NCBI GenBank assembly: GCA_030549895.1 | Contig: JAUQQM010000001.1 | Coordinates: 44,091-108,090 of the forward strand | Reading direction: 5' to 3' | DNA length: 64,000 nucleotides | Source: Patescibacteria group bacterium | Lineage (GTDB): Bacteria > Patescibacteriota > Minisyncoccia > UBA6257 > HR35 | Shown: in pieces, positions 17,248 through 26,301 of the stretch | Layout of the letters: the number at the start of each line of letters is the position of its first letter | How positions within the stretch are numbered: the stretch's first letter is position 1 | The notes under the pieces: generated by a model | What the model was told of the DNA's origin: nothing | Seen by the model: the letters and a program-made list of their open reading frames with translations, nothing else | Databases searched by the model: none | Position numbers and translations under genes: made by a program

Positions 17248-18618
17248 ATGGAGCGAGTTGATGAAAAATTACCCCAAGAAGAATTAGAAAAAATATGGAA
17301 AGAGGTTTTATCTGAGATAGAATTAGAAGTCTCTAAACCAGCTTTCAAGACATGGTTTACAAATACAACTTTAGTTGCTAAAAAAAATGAAAAATTAATA
17401 ATTGGAGTTCCTTCTAATTTTGTAAAAGAATGGCTTAAAAAAAGATTTTCAAATATTATTTTAAAACATCTTCGAAAGTTTTTCTCGGATATAAAAACTC
17501 TAGACTATACTGTAATTTCAAAACCAACAACCATAGAAACAATAACAAAAGATCAAATTCAATTTTCAACAAAATTAGAAATATTTCAAATTGATCCAAA
17601 AACAAATCTTAACAAAAAATATAAATTCTCAAATTTTGTTGTTGGTCCAAATAATGAGATAGCCTTTGCTGCAAGTCAGTCTGTTGTTCAGATGTTAGGA
17701 AAAAAATATAATCCCTTATTCATTTACGGTGGGGTTGGTTTAGGTAAGACTCATCTTCTTCAAGCTATAGGAAATGAAATTGTTGAAAAGTACAAAAACA
17801 TTAATGTAAAATATCTTACTTGTGATAAATTTGTTAGTGACCTAGTGAATTATATTAAAAATCAACAATTAGAAGAATTTAAAATTAAGTTTAAAAGTGT
17901 CGATGTTCTTTTAATTGATGATATTCATTTCCTTTCTCAAAAAGAAAGAGCTCAAATAGAACTTTTTCATATTTTTAATTTCCTTTATGAAAGAGAAAAA
18001 CAAATAGTATTTTCATCTGATAGACCCCCTTCGCTTATAAATGATATTGAAGAAAGACTAAGATCAAGATTTTCTGGAGGACTTATCGTTGATATTGAAC
18101 CACCTGATTATGAAACAAGAGTTGCAATTTTGAAAATGAAAATGGCCGAAAAAAATGGAAATTTACCAGATAAAATTCTCAGCATTATTGCTGAAAAAGT
18201 TCAAAAAAATGTAAGAGAACTTGAAGGAGTTTTAACTAAAGCTTTAATTTATTATTCAAAAAAACAAAATTTAACTTCAGAAGATTTAGAAAAAATTCTA
18301 AAAGACTATTATCAAGACAGTTATAGACTAGTTACGCCAACAAGAATAATTAATATTATTTCTTCTTTTTATGAAATAAATTCTAAATATCTTTTAGAAC
18401 CAACAAGGAAAAAAGAGTATGTAAAACCAAGGCAAATTTTAATGTATCTTTTAAGAGAGTTAACCAATCTTTCTTATCCAACAATTGGAGAAAAAGTTGG
18501 GGGAAGAGATCATACAACAGTCATGTACGCTTATGAGAAAATAAAAAAAGAAATTCAAAAAAACCAAGATCTAGCAAAAGAAATAGAAATATTAAAAGAA
18601 AGAATTTTAAGTAGTTAA
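17248..18618 (+). CDS. dnaA: Chromosomal replication initiator DnaA
   Basis: YNPLFIYGGVGLGKTHL, LLIDDI, RLRSRF, GGRDHTTV. Confidence 0.98.
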   Translation: MERVDEKLPQEELEKIWKEVLSEIELEVSKPAFKTWFTNTTLVAKKNEKLIIGVPSNFVKEWLKKRFSNIILKHLRKFFSDIKTLDYTVISKPTTIETITKDQIQFSTKLEIFQIDPKTNLNKKYKFSNFVVGPNNEIAFAASQSVVQMLGKKYNPLFIYGGVGLGKTHLLQAIGNEIVEKYKNINVKYLTCDKFVSDLVNYIKNQQLEEFKIKFKSVDVLLIDDIHFLSQKERAQIELFHIFNFLYEREKQIVFSSDRPPSLINDIEERLRSRFSGGLIVDIEPPDYETRVAILKMKMAEKNGNLPDKILSIIAEKVQKNVRELEGVLTKALIYYSKKQNLTSEDLEKILKDYYQDSYRLVTPTRIINIISSFYEINSKYLLEPTRKKEYVKPRQILMYLLRELTNLSYPTIGEKVGGRDHTTVMYAYEKIKKEIQKNQDLAKEIEILKERILSS

Positions 18619-18751
18619 CTTGTAGATAAATTATGGAAAAAAATTATAAAGAAAATTATCAACAAGATATAAAGATTTTAAAATTTAAACGTTTTAAAAA
18701 GAAGCGCGTCTTGATTGGAATTTTAACATTTCACAATCAAGACAAGATTTT
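18619..18751. other. Probable oriC (dnaA-dnaN intergenic)
   Basis: DnaA-box-like TGTAGATAA 18621, TATGGAAAA 18632, TTATCAACA 18656, then an AT-rich tract. Confidence 0.6.
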
Positions 18752-19855
18752 ATGGAATTTATTATTTTAAAAGAAAAACTTAAAAATGCTCTTAATATAG
18801 CTGAACGTGTAGGTGGAAAAAAGAGTGGCCTTAATATTTTAGATAAATTTTTATTAAAAACTATAGATAAAAAACAAATAGAAATAAAAGCAACAGACTT
18901 AGATATAGGGTACACCGCTTACCTCCCAGCTCAAATAGAAAAAGAAGGAGAAATAGCTTTACCAATTAAAATAGTTAACGATTTTGTAAGTAAATTCCAA
19001 GAAGAAACAATTAGGTTTAAAGTAAAAGAAAACAACCTAGAAATAATAGGAAAAAATTCTTATTCTTTAATTCCAGGAACAACAACAGAAGATTTTCCAA
19101 TTATTCCTAAAACAGAAAGAAAAAATAAAATAACAATAAAATTTAAAGACTTTCAAGACTCAATAGAAAGGATTTTACCTGTTTTAAAATCTTCAGAATT
19201 AAAACCAGAATTAAATGGTGTTTATTTTTACCTCAATGGAGGTTATTTGAAAATAGTAACAACAGACAGTTTTAGATTAGCAGAAAAAACAATAAATTCA
19301 TTTAAAAGTTCAGAAAAAGATTTAAATTTATATATTCCTAAAAGAATAATTCAAGAAGTAAATAATCTAGAGTGTAGCCCAGAGAGTGATCTTAATATTT
19401 GGTATGATGAAAATCAAGTTGAGTTTGAAATTGAAAATAACTTTCTTATTTCAAGACTTATAAATTTAGAGTATCCAAAATATCAAGAGATTATTCCTAA
19501 AGATTTTAAAGTTGAAATAATTTTAAGTTATAAAGAACTCTTTGAGGCTCTTAATTTAAGCAAAGTTTTTGCTTCAAGAATAAACGAGGTAATTTTTGAA
19601 TTTGATGGAAAACTAACATGTTTAGCTAAAAACGAGCTTGTTGGTGAAAATAAGGTTATTTTAGAACCTAAAACAATAAAAAAAGAAGTAAAAAACTTTA
19701 AAATAGCTTTTAATATAGATTTTTTTGTTGATGGCCTGAAAGCAGTTGAGGATGATGAGATTTATATAGGATTTAATGATAGCGAAAAACCATCTCTTAT
19801 TAAAAATCCAAAAGATGAGTCTTTCTTTTACATTTTAATGCCTGTTTATGTTTAA
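18752..19855 (+). CDS. dnaN: DNA polymerase III beta clamp
   Basis: ATDLD, DFP, TTDSFRLAE, YPKY..IIP, YILMPV; follows dnaA. Confidence 0.95.
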   Translation: MEFIILKEKLKNALNIAERVGGKKSGLNILDKFLLKTIDKKQIEIKATDLDIGYTAYLPAQIEKEGEIALPIKIVNDFVSKFQEETIRFKVKENNLEIIGKNSYSLIPGTTTEDFPIIPKTERKNKITIKFKDFQDSIERILPVLKSSELKPELNGVYFYLNGGYLKIVTTDSFRLAEKTINSFKSSEKDLNLYIPKRIIQEVNNLECSPESDLNIWYDENQVEFEIENNFLISRLINLEYPKYQEIIPKDFKVEIILSYKELFEALNLSKVFASRINEVIFEFDGKLTCLAKNELVGENKVILEPKTIKKEVKNFKIAFNIDFFVDGLKAVEDDEIYIGFNDSEKPSLIKNPKDESFFYILMPVYV

Positions 19856-20048
19856 AAAAATTCAACTTAAAAAACCACAAGAATTTATTTTAGCTCAAGA
19901 AATTCAAAAAAATTTTCCAGGCTATAAAATAAGATTTAAAAAACAAGAAGATAAATTCATTTTTTACCTTCAAGATGGAGTTATTTATGAGGTTCTTAAA
20001 AATTTTTTAAAAGGAAAAAATATTAATTTTGAGATAAAGATTGAATAA
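19848..20048 (+). CDS. Small hypothetical protein overlapping dnaN 3' end
   Basis: 66 aa; 8-nt overlap with dnaN. Confidence 0.55.
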   Translation: MFKKIQLKKPQEFILAQEIQKNFPGYKIRFKKQEDKFIFYLQDGVIYEVLKNFLKGKNINFEIKIE

Positions 20049-22209
20049 AAGACTCATCATACCATAAAGGAAGCTCAAATTCGTTTTTTTTACTTAAAGC
20101 CCAATTAATTACTCCTTTTTCCCAATTTTCAAACTGAGCATCTGAATAAGGATTTTTTGGTGGTGGACCTAAAGGATCTTTTCTATCTATAAAATAAAGT
20201 TCGCTATGGATGACAATTGCATTTTTAAAGTTGACATTATCATAATTTTTTGTTGGTTGATTAGTTATTTTATCAAATGGTTTTATTTCTATAAATTGCC
20301 ATTCTCCATTTAAAAGAGGTTTATCAATTCTTTGAATTTCTGGTTTATTGAACTTTTTAATATTTTTAAGTTTTAGATATTCAGGTCTTGAAAGAGCATA
20401 AGATAAAAATTCGTTCCATAAAGGTACCGAAACCGAAAAACCAGCTCCAGCTTGATCCATAGGAGTTTCATCATTATTTCCTCCCCAAACACCAACAACA
20501 AGAAAAGGCAGATAGCCAACTGTCCAAGCATCACGAGAATTTTGAGTTGTTCCGGTTTTAACAGCTACTTGCCATCCAGGAATATTTAGTTTGCTGTTTG
20601 GCATAAAAACACCAATTCTAGCATCATCGTCCGAGAGAATATCATTTATTATTCTAGCTATATTTTCGGGTATTACTTTTTTTCTTTGAGGCTCGTATTT
20701 ATAAATCAAATTTCCCTTAGAATCATATATTTCTTTTACGAAACTAAAAGAAGGTTGAAAACCCTCGGTAGCTAAAGCACTATAAGCTCGAACAAGATCA
20801 ATTAGTCTAATTTCTGGAGTTCCTAAAACTAAAGAAAGTCCATAATCTTTTTCTTGTTTTATAAGTTCTAGTTCTTTTAATTTTTTAATAACTTCATCAT
20901 AACCAGCAAGATAAAGTACTTTTATAGAAGTTACATTTATTGATTGAGCTAAAGATTGTCTTACAGTTATCGGCCCTCTAAAGTTTTTATCCCAGTTATT
21001 AGGAGTAAATGGCCTTCGAGGATTTACAGAAAAGTTAGTTGGAACATCAAACAAAATCATGTTATCAGGATAACCTTTTTCAAAAAAAACACTATAGATA
21101 AATGGTTTTATTGTTGAACCAACTTGTTTTGGTCTTAAAGTTACATTTACAGCTCCATCAATTGATTTGTCGAAGTAATCTTTTGAGCCAACCATAACTA
21201 AAACTTCTCCTGTTTCTGGATCCATTGCTAGTAAGGCAGCATTTTTTGCTTTAAATTTTTCTTTATTTATTTCTGCATATTTTTTTACTAACTCTTCTGC
21301 TTTTTTTTGAAGCTCATAATTTAAAGTTGTAATTACTTTAAGGCCAGCAACTTCTAGGTTAATATCAGGAAAGTTATTTTCAAGAAAACTTTTAACTTCT
21401 AAAGAAAAATGAAGAGCTTGAAGATTTTTTTCTCTGTTTATATTTAGTTGAATTGGCGTTTCAAGAGCTTTTTTGTAGTCCTCTTGGCTTATATAGCCAT
21501 CTTCTAGCATTCTTTTAAGTACATAATTTCTTCTTTTAAGAGCAAGATCTAAATTTTTTATTGGAGAATAAATACTTGGGGCTTTAGGTATTCCAACTAA
21601 AAGAGCAATTTCCTCAAGACTTAATTCTTTTGCTTTTTTACTAAAATAAAATTCTGCCGCAGATTCTATTCCGTACCTTCCCTCACCAAAGTTTATATTA
21701 TTAAGATAAGCTGCTAAAATTTCGTCTTTTGAGTATTTTTTTTCAAGAATAATAGCCAAAATTATTTCCTTTATTTTTCTAGTGAAAGTTTTTTTAGTTG
21801 AAAGGAAAAGGTTTCTAGCAAGTTGTTGAGTTATAGTAGAACCGCCATAGCGAGGTGAGCCTTCTTTTACATTTAACCATATAGCTCTTATAATTCCTTT
21901 TAGACTAATACCTTTATGCTTGTAAAAGTCTTTATCTTCAGCAGAAATTACTGCTTTTTTTACTAAATCAGGTATTTCTTGGGGACTTATTAATGTTTTT
22001 TTTGGGCCAATTTCATAAATTAAATAATTTCCAGTTCTATCATAAATTTTAGTTGACTCATTCTGATTAACATATATATCTGGAAGAGATAAAATTAAAA
22101 AACTAAGATAAAATAAAAATAAAGTTAAAAATAAAAAAAGGAAAGAAGAAAGATAAATAGCAATTTTTTTGATTTTTCTCTTCAAAAAAATTCTTTTTCG
22201 AGAAGCCAT
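20023..22209 (-). CDS. Class A penicillin-binding protein (PBP1a family)
   Basis: EDKDFYKHKG, GGSTITQQL; transpeptidase STIK, SIN, KTG. Confidence 0.93.
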   Translation of the reverse strand: MASRKRIFLKRKIKKIAIYLSSFLFLFLTLFLFYLSFLILSLPDIYVNQNESTKIYDRTGNYLIYEIGPKKTLISPQEIPDLVKKAVISAEDKDFYKHKGISLKGIIRAIWLNVKEGSPRYGGSTITQQLARNLFLSTKKTFTRKIKEIILAIILEKKYSKDEILAAYLNNINFGEGRYGIESAAEFYFSKKAKELSLEEIALLVGIPKAPSIYSPIKNLDLALKRRNYVLKRMLEDGYISQEDYKKALETPIQLNINREKNLQALHFSLEVKSFLENNFPDINLEVAGLKVITTLNYELQKKAEELVKKYAEINKEKFKAKNAALLAMDPETGEVLVMVGSKDYFDKSIDGAVNVTLRPKQVGSTIKPFIYSVFFEKGYPDNMILFDVPTNFSVNPRRPFTPNNWDKNFRGPITVRQSLAQSINVTSIKVLYLAGYDEVIKKLKELELIKQEKDYGLSLVLGTPEIRLIDLVRAYSALATEGFQPSFSFVKEIYDSKGNLIYKYEPQRKKVIPENIARIINDILSDDDARIGVFMPNSKLNIPGWQVAVKTGTTQNSRDAWTVGYLPFLVVGVWGGNNDETPMDQAGAGFSVSVPLWNEFLSYALSRPEYLKLKNIKKFNKPEIQRIDKPLLNGEWQFIEIKPFDKITNQPTKNYDNVNFKNAIVIHSELYFIDRKDPLGPPPKNPYSDAQFENWEKGVINWALSKKNEFELPLWYDESFIQSLSQN

Positions 22210-22222
22210 TTATAATTATACA

Positions 22223-23872
22223 ATGGAGCAACAATTAAGAAAAATTTGGGAAGAACAAGAGGAAAAAATTGCTCAAAGCTTAGCTGAAATTTTAGGCCTT
22301 CCTTATATTAATTTGAATTATACATTTATCAATCCAGAAACAGGAAAAATAGTCAATCTTGAAGAATTAAAAAATGCCTCAGCTGTAATTTTTTGGAGGG
22401 ATGCTCATAAAATAAAAATAGGAGTAATTGATCCCAAAAAACCGGAAACAGAAAAACTAATAGAGGAATTAAGACAGAAAAATTATCAAGTTGAAATTTA
22501 TATCATCTCCCAGAATTCCCTTAATAAAGCCCTTAAAGATCTTGAAGAATTTGAAAACAGAAAAACTTTATCTTCATATATCAGTGTTTTAACTTTAAAT
22601 AAATCTCTTATCGAGAAAATAAAAAATGAAATTTCTTCTTTAGGAGATGTTGATAAAGTAATTAAAGAATATGATTCCCCAAACAGAGGTTATGATATTT
22701 TAGAAATTATCTTTGCTGCTGTTAGTGTTCTAAAACCATCAGACGTTCATCTTGAACCTCAAAAGGATTTTGTTGTTGTAAGATTTAGAATTGATGGAAT
22801 TTTACATGAAGTTAGCAATCTTTCTTATAACTCTTATCAAATTTTAAAAAACAGACTCAAACTTCTTTCTGGAATGAAACTAACATTTAAAAAGATTGCT
22901 CAAGATGGAAGATTTTCTTTAGACTTAGGGGAAAAAATTTTAGAAGTCCGAAGTTCTTTAATTCCAGGAGATTATGATGAGTCTTTTGTTTTAAGAATTC
23001 TTGATCCTGAAGTAGCTAAGTTTCCTTTAGAGAAGTTAGGTTTTAGAGAAGAAGATTTAGAAATTGTAAAAAGAAATCTTCTTCAGCCAAACGGAATGAT
23101 CCTTGTTACTGGTCCTACTGGATCAGGAAAAACAACAACTCTTTATAGCTTTATTCATCAGATAGCCTCTCCAACTATCAAAATAATAACTCTTGAAGAT
23201 CCAATTGAATACAAAATTCCAGGAATTCAACAAACTCAAGTTAATCCAAAAAGTGGTTATACTTTTGCTTCTGGCCTTAGAGCTATCTTAAGACAAGATC
23301 CAGATGTTATCTTGGTTGGGGAAATAAGAGATGAAGAAACAGCTCAAATTGCTATTACCGCAGCTCTTACAGGCCATCTTGTGATTTCTACTTTACATAC
23401 TAATAACTCTTTAGGTGCTATTCCAAGACTTGTTAATTTAAAGGTTAAAAGAGATTTAATTCCGCCAGCTTTAAGACTTGTAATTGCTCAAAGATTAGTA
23501 AGAAGAGTTTGCCAGTTATGTACTCAATTTATCGATCCTCAACCAAGTCTTAGAGAAAGAATAATGAAAGAATTAGAAACTATACCAAAAGAAATAAAAT
23601 CAAAAATACCAGAGGATTTTAAGATTCCAAAAATAGTTGGATGCAAAAATTGTAACTTTTTAGGTTATAAAGGGAGAATAGGAATTTTTGAGATGTTTGA
23701 AATGTCTTTGGATTTAGAAGAAGTTATTTTAAAGGATCCATCAGAACAAAATATTTGGAACTCTTTAAAAGATAAAGGTTTTGTAACTCTTCTTCAAGAT
23801 GGCCTTTTAAAGGTAATATTTCATCAGACAAGTCTTGAGGAGCTAACAAGAGTTGTTGGTTTTATTTTATGA
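22223..23872 (+). CDS. Type IV pilus/T2SS assembly ATPase (PilB/GspE family); start likely ATG 22223
   Basis: SDVHLEP, GPTGSGKTTT, LEDPIEY, LRQDPDVILVGEIRD, tetracysteine motif; TATAAT 6 nt upstream. Confidence 0.9.
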   Translation: MEQQLRKIWEEQEEKIAQSLAEILGLPYINLNYTFINPETGKIVNLEELKNASAVIFWRDAHKIKIGVIDPKKPETEKLIEELRQKNYQVEIYIISQNSLNKALKDLEEFENRKTLSSYISVLTLNKSLIEKIKNEISSLGDVDKVIKEYDSPNRGYDILEIIFAAVSVLKPSDVHLEPQKDFVVVRFRIDGILHEVSNLSYNSYQILKNRLKLLSGMKLTFKKIAQDGRFSLDLGEKILEVRSSLIPGDYDESFVLRILDPEVAKFPLEKLGFREEDLEIVKRNLLQPNGMILVTGPTGSGKTTTLYSFIHQIASPTIKIITLEDPIEYKIPGIQQTQVNPKSGYTFASGLRAILRQDPDVILVGEIRDEETAQIAITAALTGHLVISTLHTNNSLGAIPRLVNLKVKRDLIPPALRLVIAQRLVRRVCQLCTQFIDPQPSLRERIMKELETIPKEIKSKIPEDFKIPKIVGCKNCNFLGYKGRIGIFEMFEMSLDLEEVILKDPSEQNIWNSLKDKGFVTLLQDGLLKVIFHQTSLEELTRVVGFIL

Positions 23873-24624
23873 GCTGGCGAGTTAAACAAAGACTAAAAAT
23901 TTTGAGTATAATTTTTATTATCTTTATTTTTCTTTTTATTTATTTTTTTGAAAAAACAAAACCAGAACCAACTTGTTTTGATGGGATAAAAAATCAAGGA
24001 GAACTTGGTGTTGATTGTGGTGGCCCATGCCCTCCATGCAGACTTTTTGAGTTAAAAGAAATAAAAGTTCAAGATATTTTGAAATTTGACTATCGAAAAG
24101 TTCTTGATGTTTTAGTTATTCTTTTAAATGAAAATCCGGATTATGGCATAGAGAATTTTAAGGTTACTTTAGAATTTCTAAAAGAAGATGTTGTTCTAGC
24201 TAAATTTGAAAAATCTATTTTTATCAATCCTGGCCAAAGGAAATATGTAACTTTTTACAATTTACCTCTTAATCTTAAGGACTATCAAATAAGTGTAAAA
24301 TTAGAAAAACAAGGTATTTATAATTGGAAAAATCCAAAAATTTTTCCTTCTCAAGTTAATTTTGATTTTTTAAATACAACCTTAAGCCAAGAAGGTTCTT
24401 TTTATAGTCTTGAAGGCCAAATTTATAATAAGACGAATTTAGATTTTGATAATTTAAAATTGATAGGGCTCTTACTTGATGATTATGAGACAATTCTTTC
24501 TTTTAATGAATATGATCTTGGTTCAATTAGGGGTTTTGAGAAAAAAAATTTCAAATTTTTATTATTTAAACCATTAATTCAGCCCAAAAAACAAAAAATT
24601 ATAGTCGATGTTAATCTCTTTTAA
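23869..24624 (+). CDS. Membrane-anchored protein with Cys-rich CxDGxxNQGExGVDCGGPC motif
   Basis: TM then TCFDGIKNQGELGVDCGGPCPPC, then beta-rich domains. Confidence 0.7.
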   Translation: MSWRVKQRLKILSIIFIIFIFLFIYFFEKTKPEPTCFDGIKNQGELGVDCGGPCPPCRLFELKEIKVQDILKFDYRKVLDVLVILLNENPDYGIENFKVTLEFLKEDVVLAKFEKSIFINPGQRKYVTFYNLPLNLKDYQISVKLEKQGIYNWKNPKIFPSQVNFDFLNTTLSQEGSFYSLEGQIYNKTNLDFDNLKLIGLLLDDYETILSFNEYDLGSIRGFEKKNFKFLLFKPLIQPKKQKIIVDVNLF

Positions 24625-25675
24625 AGAAGAATTAAAAATTAAAATAATTATTCTTCTTTTATTTTTAGCAGGGCTTTCTTTTATAAGCCTTGAGGGGATA
24701 AACAATAAAGAGTTTATTGGTTCTTTTCCTTTTAGGCAGCTAATTTTTTTTGTTATCTCCTTTTTTATTTTATTTTTTCTTCAAAAATTTAATTTTAATT
24801 TTTTTAGCGAAAAATTTTTATATTTTTTTAGCTTTTTAAGTGTTTTTCTTATGATCGTAGCTATATTTTTTGGCTATAAAAAATCTTGGATAAATTTTAA
24901 AACTTTTAGTCTTCAACCAATAGAATTTTTAAAAATTGCTTACATTTTAGTTTTAGCAGAATTTTTAAGTAAGATTAAAAAAATCGTAAGCCTAAGAGTA
25001 CTTTTAAAGACTCTAGGAGTTTTATTGGGTGCTAGTTTTTTAGTTTTTCTTCAAGGAGATTTCGGCGGCCTTTTAGTTTTTATTTTAATATGGCTAGGAC
25101 TTGTGTTTTTTTATTTAAATAGAAATCTTAAAGTCTTTATTTTACTTTCTTTGATTTTATTTAGTTTCATTTCTTGGAATTATTTACTTAAAGATTATCA
25201 AAAAGAAAGAATTCTTAATTTTCTTTTTCCTGAAAGAGATATTTTTGGATCTGGTTATAATGCTTTTCAAAGTAGGACAGCCTTTGGCTCTGGTGGAGTT
25301 TTTGGTAAGGGCTTTAAATTAGGTTATCAAGCTTACTATGGATTTTTACCAAATGCTCATACAGATTTTCTTCTTTCTTCATTTGTTGAACAATTCGGTT
25401 TTCTAGGATTTTCGATATTTTTGATTTTAAATATCCTTTTATGGAATTATCTTAACAAAATTAAAGAATTTTTAAAAGAACCAAGAGAGATAATTTTTGT
25501 TAATGGTTTTAAGCTATGGTTTTTAATTCAGTTTGTTATAAACACTTTTATGAATTTAGGATTTTTCCCAATTATAGGTCTCCCCCTACCTTTTTTTAGT
25601 TATGGAGGTTCTCATATAATTGCTGAATTTTTTTCGATAGCTATTATTTTTAACTTTTTAAAAAGAGTGGTATAA
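24608..25675 (+). CDS. rodA: SEDS protein, RodA-like
   Basis: LQPIEFLK, LKDYQKERI, GSGYN..QS..AFGSGG, LPNAHTDF, PFFSYGGS. Confidence 0.82.
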   Translation: MLISFKEELKIKIIILLLFLAGLSFISLEGINNKEFIGSFPFRQLIFFVISFFILFFLQKFNFNFFSEKFLYFFSFLSVFLMIVAIFFGYKKSWINFKTFSLQPIEFLKIAYILVLAEFLSKIKKIVSLRVLLKTLGVLLGASFLVFLQGDFGGLLVFILIWLGLVFFYLNRNLKVFILLSLILFSFISWNYLLKDYQKERILNFLFPERDIFGSGYNAFQSRTAFGSGGVFGKGFKLGYQAYYGFLPNAHTDFLLSSFVEQFGFLGFSIFLILNILLWNYLNKIKEFLKEPREIIFVNGFKLWFLIQFVINTFMNLGFFPIIGLPLPFFSYGGSHIIAEFFSIAIIFNFLKRVV

Positions 25676-25684
25676 TTAAAATTT

Positions 25685-26182
25685 ATGGAAAACATAATTT
25701 TTACCAAAGGCTCAGGCTCGCAAGTTAGTTTTGAGGAGATGATAAAAGAAATAATAAATTTCACTAAAGACAAAAAATTTCCCTATAGAGTTATGATAGG
25801 TACCGACTCTGAGATAGAAAATAATGAGGTTGATTTTGTTTCTGCTGTAGTTGTTCATAGAGTTGGTTTTGGTGGGAAATTTTACTATCGAAGATGGAAA
25901 AAGAAAGGCGATTCCAATAGTGGGGAGAAGTTTTACCTTATCTATCAAAGGATATGGGATGAAGTTTTAGCTTCTGTTGATCTTGCCCAAAAACTAGTTG
26001 AGGCTTTTAAAAAATACAAGACTAATGTAAATTTTGAATTACATGTAGATGTCGGCTATAATGGTCATACAAAAGATATAATTCAGGAAGTTGTAAATTA
26101 TATAAGAACTTATGGTCTTGATGTAAAAGTAAAACCAGATTCTTTTGTAGCCTCAAAAGTTGCCGATAGATACGTCATTTAG
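25685..26182 (+). CDS. RNase H-like YkuK-family protein
   Basis: IGTDS, VVHRVGFGG, RIWDEV, ELHVDVG, KPDSFVASKVAD. Confidence 0.8.
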   Translation: MENIIFTKGSGSQVSFEEMIKEIINFTKDKKFPYRVMIGTDSEIENNEVDFVSAVVVHRVGFGGKFYYRRWKKKGDSNSGEKFYLIYQRIWDEVLASVDLAQKLVEAFKKYKTNVNFELHVDVGYNGHTKDIIQEVVNYIRTYGLDVKVKPDSFVASKVADRYVI

Positions 26183-26266
26183 CCTGGGTGGCGGAATTGG
26201 AAGACGCAGAGGACTCAAAATCCTCTGGCCATTTAGGCCGTGAGGGTTCGACTCCCTCCCCAGGCA
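26182..26266 (+). tRNA. tRNA-Leu(CAA)
   Basis: GCCTGGG/CCCAGGC acceptor; GAGGA-CTCAAAA-TCCTC; long variable arm; G1 is the last base of the upstream TAG. Confidence 0.93.
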
Positions 26267-26301
26267 CAATAAAAAACTTTTAGGATATTTTATAATTTTT
26301 A

